A stretch of 64,000 nucleotides of DNA from Candidatus Coproplasma stercoravium (GTDB taxonomy: Bacteria; Bacillota; Clostridia; Christensenellales; Borkfalkiaceae): contig DVFR01000046.1 of the NCBI GenBank assembly GCA_018713165.1, positions 6,637 through 70,636 on the forward strand, read 5' to 3'. Below, one piece after another: positions 1 through 8,024 of the stretch. Within the stretch, counting starts at the first letter, position 1; each line of letters begins with the position of its first letter. Position numbers and translations under genes: made by a program. The notes beneath the pieces were generated by a model. It was not told where the DNA came from, searched no databases, and saw only the letters and a program-made list of their open reading frames with translations.

Positions 1-886
1 TGCCCGTTTTGCCGCGCATGAGTTCGGGTATGTCGGGATTTTTCTTCTGCGGCATTATCGAAGAGCCCGTCGAGTAGGCGTCGGGTATCTCGATAAAACC
101 GAACTCCTCGGTGGAGTAGAGTATGAGGTCTTCGCACAGGCGCGAGAGATGGCTCATCGTCATCGAGGCGTCGAAGAGATATTCCGCCACGAAGTCGCGG
201 TCGGAAACTCCGTCGAGCGAGTTTTCGCACGGCTTGTCGAAGTCCAAAAGGGTGGCGGTCATATTTCTTTCGATGGGGTACGAAGTCCCAGCCAGCGCGC
301 CGCTGCCCAGCGGCATAACGTTCATGCGCTTGCGCGAGGAGTAAAACCTGTCCAAATCGCGCAGGAACATCTCCGCGTATGCGTTGAAAAAGTGCCCCGC
401 GCACATCGGCTGCGCCTTTCTCAGGTGCGTGTAGCCCGGCATTACGTATTTCAGCCCCGATTCCGCCCTGTCGGAGAGGCTCTCAATCAGCGAGGAGAGC
501 GCCTTCATTACCCTGTCGGCCGAGTTCCTCACGTAGAGGCGGAAGTCGGTCGCCACCTGGTCGTTGCGCGAGCGCGCGGTGTGCAGCTTTTTGCCGCTGT
601 CGCCTATTCTCGCCACAAGCTCGTTTTCGACGAACGAGTGTATGTCCTCGGCGTCCTTAATTTCAAGGTTGCCCGCCTCTATGTCGGCGTAAATTGCTTC
701 CAGCCCGCCGCAAATCTCGTCGCATTCCTGTTCGGAGATAATTTCGCACTTGCCCAGCATCTTCGCGTGCGCGATTGAGGCGGTTATGTCCTCCCGCCAG
801 AGTTTTTTGTCGAAGGGGAGCGAGTCGTTGAATTCGTCCGCGTCCTTTGCCGTAGGTTCTTCAAACCTTCCCTGCCACAGTTTCAT
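1..886 (-). CDS. argH: argininosuccinate lyase, N-terminal ~295 aa (gene runs off the window start)
   Basis: My own reverse-strand translation from the ATG at 884-886 gives MKLWQGRFEEPTAKDADEFNDSLPFDKKLWREDITASIAHAKML...SGKKLHTARSRNDQVATDF, which carries the lyase-1 SRNDQVATD signature. It is missing from the ORF track because it is open at the window edge. The 149-778 + ORF is its antisense shadow. Confidence 0.85.
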   Translation of the reverse strand, partial: MKLWQGRFEEPTAKDADEFNDSLPFDKKLWREDITASIAHAKMLGKCEIISEQECDEICGGLEAIYADIEAGNLEIKDAEDIHSFVENELVARIGDSGKKLHTARSRNDQVATDFRLYVRNSADRVMKALSSLIESLSDRAESGLKYVMPGYTHLRKAQPMCAGHFFNAYAEMFLRDLDRFYSSRKRMNVMPLGSGALAGTSYPIERNMTATLLDFDKPCENSLDGVSDRDFVAEYLFDASMTMSHLSRLCEDLILYSTEEFGFIEIPDAYSTGSSIMPQKKNPDIPELMRGKTG

Positions 887-1008
887 ATCAAATTTACCTC
901 TGATTAAATTGACTTATTTGCCGATTTAAACTAAAATGTATTAGTATACAAGAATTATAAACAAAAAATCGCAATTAATCAAGCGTATTTTTTGCGCGGT
1001 GTCATTTT

Positions 1009-1506
1009 ATGATAATTTTGGGTATCGACCCGGGGCTCGCCACCATGGGTTACGGAATAATAGAAAAAAAGCCGAACGGCGACTCCGTGCCCGTCGACTA
1101 CGGCGTGGTGCTCACGCCCAAGGACGAGAGCCTGCCCGTACGCCTCGCCATGCTCGAGGAGGGAGTGAACAAAATTTTAAACAAGTTCAAACCTGCGGAA
1201 GTGGCGGTGGAGGAGCTGTTCTTTTCAAAGAACATTACAACCGGCATACCCGTCGCGCACGCGCGCGGCGTAATACTTTTAACCTGCGTAAAATACTGCG
1301 GCAAGCTGTATGAATATACGCCCATGCAGATAAAGCAGGCGCTCACTGGTTACGGCAGGGCAGACAAGGTGCAGATGATGCACGTCGTAACGTCCCTTCT
1401 TCACCTTCAAAAGATACCCCGTCCCGACGACGCCGCCGACGCGCTTGCGGTGGCTCTGTGTCATGCGCACACGTCACGCTTCGGGAGGCTTTTCGGAATA
1501 AATTAA
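1009..1506 (+). CDS. ruvC: crossover junction endodeoxyribonuclease RuvC
   Basis: 165 aa. The N-terminus MIILGIDPGLATMGYGII is typical of RuvC. ruvA and ruvB lie downstream. Confidence 0.9.
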   Translation: MIILGIDPGLATMGYGIIEKKPNGDSVPVDYGVVLTPKDESLPVRLAMLEEGVNKILNKFKPAEVAVEELFFSKNITTGIPVAHARGVILLTCVKYCGKLYEYTPMQIKQALTGYGRADKVQMMHVVTSLLHLQKIPRPDDAADALAVALCHAHTSRFGRLFGIN

Positions 1507-1532
1507 TTGCTCCGCTTTCCCTTGCATATACT

Positions 1533-1634
1533 TCGCATTACGGTGTCGCGCTGTGGCAACCTTCGGTCATGTACGTCTTTGTACACTCCCTCAGGTTTTC
1601 CTCGCGCTCCTTGTACTGCTCGTATCTCCGAGGG
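1533..1634 (+). repeat. repeat family X, copy 1 (~102 nt, structured)
   Basis: It aligns by eye with 4872-4973. Shared blocks include tcgcatt.cggtgtcgc, gtcat, tttgta.actcc and ctccttg.actgct.g.atctc. Confidence 0.75.
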
Positions 1635-1680
1635 TTAACCGGGCAAATAATTAAGGTTAAAATTTTTTAAAATAATAATT

Positions 1681-1855
1681 GTGCGCAAGCAGGGTTTCCC
1701 TGCGCCGGCGCGACCCTATTTGCTGCGGTCAGCAGGCTCACTGGAAGTGAATGGCGGCATTTCTATATGTGAGGGCAACAGCAATGCCGCCAGAGAAACT
1801 TAGTTTCTGAAAATCACGAAATTTTTACGGCGCGCAAGACGTAAAAATTTGTGAA
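1681..1855 (+). repeat. repeat family Y, copy 1 (~175 nt, six predicted helices), ending 12 nt before the ruvA ATG
   Basis: It aligns with 2527-2697 and with the reverse complement of 62447-62619. The helices are kept by compensatory changes (details in findings). Confidence 0.8.
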
Positions 1856-1866
1856 CAGGTTTATAT

Positions 1867-2457
1867 ATGATAGGTTATCTTAAAGGTAAAATTTTATCCC
1901 TCAATTCCGATACCGCCCTTATCGAAACGGGCGGGGTCGGCTACGAAGTTCTCTGCTCCGCCTCGGCGCTCTCCTCGCTCGGGGGTAAAACGGAGGGAGA
2001 AGTTTACACGTATCTTCAGGTGCGCGACGACGGAATAAGCCTCTTCGGCTTTTCCTCCCCCGCCGAAAAGAATATGTTCTTAAAGCTCGTGTCTGTATCG
2101 GGCGTAGGCCCCAAAATGGGCATAGCGGTACTCTCCGGGATGGATATAAATTCGCTCGCGGTCGCCATAGCCTCGTCCGACGTAAAAAAGCTCAGCACCG
2201 TAAAGGGGCTCGGAAAAAAAACGGCGGAGCGCATAATTCTGGAGCTGCGCGAAAAGGTATCCGCCGCCGACGCGCCTATATCGTCAAAGAGCGGCGCGCC
2301 CCTTCCCGCGGCGGACGAGAGTGACGAGGACGCGGTGGTAGCTTTAATGTCGCTCGGTCTCACCCGCGCGGAGAGCACAAAGGCGATAGAGCGGGCAAAG
2401 GCAACGGGCGCCTCCACGATAGAGGACATAATCCGCGAAGCTTTAAAGGGAATGTAA
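1867..2457 (+). CDS. ruvA: Holliday junction branch migration complex subunit RuvA
   Basis: 196 aa. Starts MIGYLKGKI..GGVGYEV and has the helix-hairpin-helix motifs SGVGPK and KGLGKKTAERI. Confidence 0.9.
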   Translation: MIGYLKGKILSLNSDTALIETGGVGYEVLCSASALSSLGGKTEGEVYTYLQVRDDGISLFGFSSPAEKNMFLKLVSVSGVGPKMGIAVLSGMDINSLAVAIASSDVKKLSTVKGLGKKTAERIILELREKVSAADAPISSKSGAPLPAADESDEDAVVALMSLGLTRAESTKAIERAKATGASTIEDIIREALKGM

Positions 2458-2526
2458 TATAGCGTATTGCATATTTTTACGCCGTCACCTGCGCGTAAAT
2501 CTGTGAGGAAGATACAAATAAATAAC

Positions 2527-2697
2527 GTTTCAAGCAAGGTTTCCTTGCGCAGAAAGACTCAATTTGCCGCGTAAGCGGGCTCACCGGGGTGAATCACCCC
2601 GATTAAATTATCGAGGGCTCCTGAAAATCGGGGCGAAAGGGGCTGGCCCCTCAAATCACGGAATTTTTAGCGCGCGGCCCGCGCTAAAAATTCGTGA
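2527..2697 (+). repeat. repeat family Y, copy 2, ending 15 nt before the ruvB ATG
   Basis: It is close to identical to the reverse complement of 62447-62619 over most of its length. Confidence 0.85.
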
Positions 2698-2712
2698 GAA
2701 GGATGTTTTGTT

Positions 2713-3783
2713 ATGTTTTTCGACGACGAAGAATACGGCGGCGAGGACGACAGGCTTGTAAAGAGCACCAAGGGCGAATACGACGTTGAAGAGAACGTCC
2801 TGCGCCCCAAAACTCTTGCAGACTATGTCGGACAGGCCAAGGTAAAGGAAAATTTAAACGTCTACATGGCGGCGGCGAAAAAGAGGGGCGAGGCGCTCGA
2901 GCACGTCCTTTTATACGGCGCGCCCGGACTGGGCAAAACCACGCTCGCGCACATTATCGCAAACGAAATGGGCGGTCAGCTCAAGCTCACTTCCGCCCCC
3001 GCGATAGAGCGCAGCGCCGACCTTGCGGCAATTCTCACCAACCTCAACGACGGCGACGTGCTCTTCATCGACGAAATTCACCGTTTAAGCCACAGCGTGG
3101 AGGAGATTTTATATTCGGCAATGGAGGACTACGCGCTCGACATAATCGTCGGCAAGGGCCCCAGCGCGCGCAATATCCGCTTTTCGCTCAAAAAATTCAC
3201 GCTGATAGGCGCAACCACCCGCGCGGGCATGATTGCAACCCCCTTAAGAAACCGCTTCGGCATAATCTGCCGTCTCGAAATGTACACGCCCTCCGAACTC
3301 AAAGAGATTGTGCTTAAAAGCGCGGGCAAGCTCGGCATAGAGATAGAGCCGGATGCCGCTGCCGAAATTTCCAAGCGTTCGCGCGGCACGCCGCGAATTG
3401 CCAACAGGCTGTTAAAGCGCGTGCGCGACTTTTCGGAGATACGCGGCGCGGGAAAAGTTTCGTTGGACGACGCGCGCTTCGCGCTCGGCAGAATGGACAT
3501 CGACGAACTCGGGCTTGACGAAACCGACCGCGCGATTCTGCGCGCCATGATTGAAAAGTTCGACGGCAAGCCCGTCGGGCTCGAAACGCTCGCCGCCACG
3601 GTAAACGAGGACGCGGGCACGATAGAGGACGTTTACGAACCCTATCTTCTGCAGCTCGGTTTTATCGCCCGCACTCCGCGCGGCAGGGTAATTCTGCGCG
3701 GCGGATACGAACATCTCGGATATAAAATAACCGAAAGGCAGGCGGCGCAGCTTTCGGTTTTCGATAAAGAAGAAAATGACTGA
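2713..3783 (+). CDS. ruvB: Holliday junction branch migration DNA helicase RuvB
   Basis: 356 aa. Contains [12 protein letters not shown] and the Walker A motif GAPGLGKTT. The C-terminal part fits a RuvB winged helix. Confidence 0.95.
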   Translation: MFFDDEEYGGEDDRLVKSTKGEYDVEENVLRPKTLADYVGQAKVKENLNVYMAAAKKRGEALEHVLLYGAPGLGKTTLAHIIANEMGGQLKLTSAPAIERSADLAAILTNLNDGDVLFIDEIHRLSHSVEEILYSAMEDYALDIIVGKGPSARNIRFSLKKFTLIGATTRAGMIATPLRNRFGIICRLEMYTPSELKEIVLKSAGKLGIEIEPDAAAEISKRSRGTPRIANRLLKRVRDFSEIRGAGKVSLDDARFALGRMDIDELGLDETDRAILRAMIEKFDGKPVGLETLAATVNEDAGTIEDVYEPYLLQLGFIARTPRGRVILRGGYEHLGYKITERQAAQLSVFDKEEND

Positions 3784-4849
3784 CAACGAAAAGATACTCA
3801 ACGTAGAGGCGCACGGCGCGCCTACAAATTTAAAAAAGAGCGACTTTTATTACGACCTGCCCGAGGAACTCATTGCGCAGACCCCCGCGGAACCGCGCGA
3901 TTCCTCCCGCCTTCTGGTGTACGACAGGGCGAGCGGTAAAGTCGAACATAAAATATTCCGCGACATAAAAAATTATCTGCGCAAGGGCGACGTGCTCGTC
4001 GTGAACAACACGAAGGTGCTCCCCGCGCGCCTGTTCGCGCATACAGAACACGGCGGAAAGGTGGAGGTGCTCTTGTTAAAGCGCTTATCGGCGCTCAGAT
4101 GGGAAGTGCTCGTAAAGCCGGGCAAAAAGTGCCGCCCCGGCACCGTCCTCACCATAGACGAAAAGCTCTCCCTCACCGTCGTCTCGGTGACCGAAAGCGG
4201 CGAAAGGATAGTCGATTTCAAGTGCGACGGCGTGTTCGAAGAGGCGCTCGAAAGGGTCGGCTCTATGCCGCTGCCCCCGTATATCCACGAAAAGCTCAAA
4301 GATAAAAACCGCTACCAGACGGTATACGCCAAAACCGACGGCTCGGCGGCGGCGCCCACGGCCGGGCTGCACTTTACGCCGCAGCTTTTGGAGGAGATTA
4401 AAGCAATGGGCGTGGAGGTTGCCGAAATTCTCCTGCACGTGGGGCTGGGCACCTTCCGTCCCGTAAAGGAAGACGCCATAACCGACCACAAAATGCACAG
4501 CGAGTATTACGAGGTGAACGAAAGGGCGGCCGACATTATAAGCCGCGCAAAGCGCGAGGGAAGAAGGGTAATCGCCGTCGGCACGACCTCCGTCCGCACC
4601 TTAGAGAGCGCCGCTAAAGACGACGGCACCATAGAGCCCTGCCGCGGCAATACCTCGATATTCATATACCCGCCCTATAAATTCAGGTGCGTCGACGCGC
4701 TTATCACCAACTTCCACTTGCCCGAAAGCACTTTGATTATGCTCGTTGCGGCCATGGTCGGCAGGGAAAAGATATTGGAGCTGTATAAGACGGCGGTGGA
4801 GGAAAAATACCGCTTTTTCTCCTTCGGCGACGCTATGTTTATTTGTTAG
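3776..4849 (+). CDS. queA: tRNA preQ1(34) S-adenosylmethionine ribosyltransferase-isomerase
   Basis: 357 aa. Contains [26 protein letters not shown]. It overlaps the end of ruvB by 8 nt. Confidence 0.95.
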   Translation: MTDNEKILNVEAHGAPTNLKKSDFYYDLPEELIAQTPAEPRDSSRLLVYDRASGKVEHKIFRDIKNYLRKGDVLVVNNTKVLPARLFAHTEHGGKVEVLLLKRLSALRWEVLVKPGKKCRPGTVLTIDEKLSLTVVSVTESGERIVDFKCDGVFEEALERVGSMPLPPYIHEKLKDKNRYQTVYAKTDGSAAAPTAGLHFTPQLLEEIKAMGVEVAEILLHVGLGTFRPVKEDAITDHKMHSEYYEVNERAADIISRAKREGRRVIAVGTTSVRTLESAAKDDGTIEPCRGNTSIFIYPPYKFRCVDALITNFHLPESTLIMLVAAMVGREKILELYKTAVEEKYRFFSFGDAMFIC

Positions 4850-4871
4850 TCCGCTAAACTTCACATTTGCG

Positions 4872-4973
4872 TCGCATTGCGGTGTCGCCGTTACGGGTGT
4901 GTTCAGTCATTTACTTTTTTGTAAACTCCTTCACACCTTCCGCCGGCTCCTTGCACTGCTTGCATCTCTGAAG
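4872..4973 (+). repeat. repeat family X, copy 2
   Basis: See copy 1. A 3'-half fragment is also present at 62645-62678. Confidence 0.75.
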
Positions 4974-5016
4974 TTATGATGAACACCTATTATAAGGTGG
5001 TTATTAAAAAAATAAT

Positions 5017-5049
5017 GTGCGCTGGCGCAGTGGAACCCTGCTTGCGCAC
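5017..5049 (-). repeat. family Y fragment (helix P1 region only), inverted
   Basis: gtgcgctggcgcagtggaaccctgcttgcgcac is close to the reverse complement of 1681-1712. Confidence 0.55.
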
Positions 5050-5071
5050 GCGATTCATTTTAAAAAATTAT

Positions 5072-5122
5072 TGTCATTTTGAGCGAAGGCGATAGCTGAA
5101 GTCGAAAAATCTATTCCGCATT
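5072..5122 (+). repeat. repeat family Z, copy 1
   Basis: tgtcattttgagcgaaggcgatagctgaagtcgaaaaatctattccgcatt aligns with 62705-62752. Confidence 0.65.
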
Positions 5123-5125
5123 GTA

Positions 5126-5339
5126 GCCTCCCCTTGTGTAAATGGGGAGTCCCACACCGAGCCCCCCTTGTGTAAAGGGGAACTCCCTACACCGAGCCTC
5201 CCCTTGTGTAAAGGGGAACTCCCTACACCGAGCCCCCCTTGTGTAAATGGGGAATCCCACACCGAGCCCCCCTTGTGTAAAGGGGGAATCCCACACCGAG
5301 CCCCCCTTGTGTAAAGGGGGGAATTAAAGGGGGGATTGT
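5126..5339 (+). repeat. tandem array (minisatellite) of about 6 units of 34-36 bp, each with the hairpin CCCCTT-gtgta-AAGGGG
   Basis: Units start at 5126, 5161, 5196, 5232, 5266 and 5300. The linker (a/g)a(a/c)tccc(t)acaccga is the same in all units. The array ends with gaattaaaggggggattgt. Confidence 0.9.
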
Positions 5340-5400
5340 CAAAGCCGTGCACAATTCGTGCACAATTACTGAACAATCCCTCAGTCGGCTTCGCCGCCAG

Positions 5401-5419
5401 CTCCCTTTACACAAGGGAG
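5401..5419 (-). repeat. isolated inverted copy of the C-tract/G-tract hairpin
   Basis: ctccctttacacaagggag has the loop tacac, the reverse complement of the array loop gtgta. Confidence 0.6.
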
Positions 5420-5461
5420 CCCATAATATCGTACATAACAACATAATTATAAGGTTTTTAA

Positions 5462-6580
<1,119 letters not shown>

Positions 6581-6652
6581 CGAAACAGTGCGAAAAAATT
6601 TTGAAAACGGAGTGAAAGTTTTATTTTGCGTGTAATTTAGTTTAAAAATTGC

Positions 6653-6681
6653 TTGCAAAAACATTCCAAAAATTGTATAGT
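6653..6681 (+). promoter_or_regulatory. sigma-A-type promoter candidate for yajC
   Basis: TTGCAA, 17 nt, TATAGT. Confidence 0.45.
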
Positions 6682-6720
6682 TGAAAGGTAAGCAAAACCA
6701 TAAGGAGTTAAAAATACATC

Positions 6721-7194
6721 ATGTTAAGCGCATTATTGGCCGACGAAACCACTAATAACAGCGGCGCCGGCGACTGGGTAACGTGGGTAATTCTCGCGGT
6801 ATTCATCGTGATAATCGTCGTTTTCTTTGTTTTCTCGTCCCGCAGGAACAAGAAAAAGCAGCAGGAAGCACAGCAGCTCATGGACGCCGTAAAGCCCGGC
6901 AACAAGGTTAAAACGATAGGCGGCGTATGCGGCATAGTCGTGGAAGTTGACCCCGAAGAGAACACCTTCGTGCTCGAAACCGGGTCTGAGACGAGCGGCA
7001 AATGCTATATGAAGTTTGACAAGCAGGCTATATATCAGACCGATGCCGTCGTTGAAACGCCCGCTGCCGAAACCAAAGACGATAAAAAGGAAGAGGAAAC
7101 GGCGGAAGAGCCGTTCGAGGAGAATGCTCCCGCAGAAGGCGAAAAGGCTGAAGAAAAGCCCGAAACCAAGGAAGAAAATTCCGATAAAGAGTAA
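6721..7194 (+). CDS. yajC: preprotein translocase subunit YajC with a long acidic C-terminal tail
   Basis: 157 aa. One N-terminal TM segment and the YajC core KPGNKVKTIGGVCGIVVEVD, followed by an E/K/A/P-rich tail of about 60 aa. Confidence 0.8.
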   Translation: MLSALLADETTNNSGAGDWVTWVILAVFIVIIVVFFVFSSRRNKKKQQEAQQLMDAVKPGNKVKTIGGVCGIVVEVDPEENTFVLETGSETSGKCYMKFDKQAIYQTDAVVETPAAETKDDKKEEETAEEPFEENAPAEGEKAEEKPETKEENSDKE

Positions 7195-7215
7195 ATCAAT
7201 CATAAAAAAAGCCAA

Positions 7216-7250
7216 CTCCGCATAGTTTTAAACTGTGCGGAGGTTTTTTT
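7216..7250 (+). terminator. intrinsic terminator after yajC whose 3' arm contains the SD of the next gene
   Basis: CTCCGCA-(13 nt)-TGCGGAG followed by g and T7. The ATG at 7251 follows immediately. Confidence 0.6.
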
Positions 7251-7619
7251 ATGCGCGATAACGTTTTACAGGTCTTAAAGGCAACGCTTGCGGCGGCAAT
7301 ATTCTCGCTTCTGTGCGTGCTCATCTTCTCGTTTATAATTCAGCTCTTCTCTGTTTCCACAGACGTGATAAAGCCCGTCAACCAGGTGTTCAAAATTCTC
7401 GCGATAGCTCTCGGCGGCATACTCTTCATACGCGGCGGCAGGGGGCTCTTCAAGGGCGCGGTATACGGCGTGTGCGCCGTCCTCGTTACATATCTGCTCT
7501 TTTCGATAATCTCTTCGTCGTTTGCCGTAACGTGGCTCTTCGCCTTAGAGATTGCCCTCGGCGCGGTTGCGGGCGGCATAAGCGGCATAATCGGCGTAAA
7601 TATAAAGCATAGGGGCTGA
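7251..7619 (+). CDS. small 4-TM membrane protein (resembles TIGR04086-type proteins)
   Basis: 122 aa, glycine-rich and hydrophobic. It sits between yajC and SCIFF, which I recall as a common placement in Clostridia. Confidence 0.5.
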   Translation: MRDNVLQVLKATLAAAIFSLLCVLIFSFIIQLFSVSTDVIKPVNQVFKILAIALGGILFIRGGRGLFKGAVYGVCAVLVTYLLFSIISSSFAVTWLFALEIALGAVAGGISGIIGVNIKHRG

Positions 7620-7635
7620 AAGTTTGCAAAAACGC

Positions 7636-7664
7636 TTGATTTTTCGCCTGTGTTAAACTATAAT
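7636..7664 (+). promoter_or_regulatory. sigma-A-type promoter candidate for scfA
   Basis: TTGATT, 17 nt, TATAAT, lying 43 nt upstream of the scfA ATG. Confidence 0.55.
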
Positions 7665-7706
7665 ATAGAAAAATATAAATTTTGACTTGCAAAGGAGCGT
7701 AACGTT

Positions 7707-7865
7707 ATGATAAAGACGATAGCAAAACCTTCCGAAAGAAAAATAAGCGGCTGCGGCGAATGCAGGAGCACCTGCCAGTCGGCATGCAAAACGAGTTGCA
7801 CCGTCGGCAACCAGAGCTGCGAAAGAATTACAAGAGAAGAAAGACCGGATAAAGAAACTAAGTAA
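7707..7865 (+). CDS. scfA: six-cysteine peptide SCIFF (RiPP precursor)
   Basis: My own translation gives MIKTIAKPSERKISGCGECRSTCQSACKTSCTVGNQSCERITREERPDKETK (52 aa, below the ORF-track cutoff). It has the canonical GCGEC..CQSACKTSCTVGNQSCE core. The SD aaaggag lies 9 nt upstream, and the maturase gene follows. Confidence 0.85.
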   Translation: MIKTIAKPSERKISGCGECRSTCQSACKTSCTVGNQSCERITREERPDKETK

Positions 7866-7887
7866 ATTTTCATACAGGGAATTTTTA

Positions 7888-7917
7888 AAGGAGCAGAAAA
7901 AAGTTTCTCTGCTCCTT
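7888..7917 (+). promoter_or_regulatory. 10-bp hairpin between scfA and scfB (no U-tract)
   Basis: AAGGAGCAGA-aaaaagtttc-TCTGCTCCTT begins 23 nt after the scfA stop. It may be a partial terminator or an mRNA-stability element. Confidence 0.45.
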
Positions 7918-7936
7918 AAAATTTGCATTCAGCATA

Positions 7937-7975
7937 ATTTAGCGCCAGCCACGGCGCTAAATTTTTAGTGAACGG
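7937..7975 (+). repeat. H-type hairpin module (A/T arms, GC apex, 3' ...tttagtgaac)
   Basis: aatttagcgcc-agccac-ggcgctaaatt followed by tttagtgaacgggg. It resembles the 3' helix (P6) of family Y. Confidence 0.55.
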
Positions 7976-8024
7976 GGTTTTTTATTCCGCGCGCGGCTGA
8001 AATTTTTTTGGTTAATTATTTTTT

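Noticed and set aside
149-778. 209-aa plus-strand ORF at the window start.
   Set aside because: It is the antisense shadow of argH, whose reverse-strand translation carries the argininosuccinate lyase signature. The plus-strand product is Arg/Val/Ala-rich and nonsensical.
1458-1670. 70-aa ORF spanning repeat X, and the idea that X is a decayed gene fragment. The reverse strand gives the similar peptides RRYEQYKEREENLRECTKTYMTEG and QRCKQCKEPAEGVKEFTKK*MTEH.
   Set aside because: The second copy has an in-frame stop. The substitutions are mostly non-synonymous, and the differences are better explained as compensatory changes in stems. The pseudogene origin is not fully excluded and should be checked by BLASTX.
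1814-1854. The long H and Y-P6 hairpins as intrinsic terminators of the upstream genes.
   Set aside because: They are not followed by a U-tract (they are followed by aacagg, agaagg and similar) and they directly abut the next gene's ribosome-binding site. A processing or translational role, or a DNA-level palindrome, fits better.
5126-5339. Possible CRISPR array, given regularly spaced palindromic repeats. The same idea applies to 44603-44829.
   Set aside because: The sequences between the hairpins are the same within each array, so there are no unique spacers. The period is only 34-43 bp and no cas genes or leader are present. These are tandem repeats, not CRISPR arrays.
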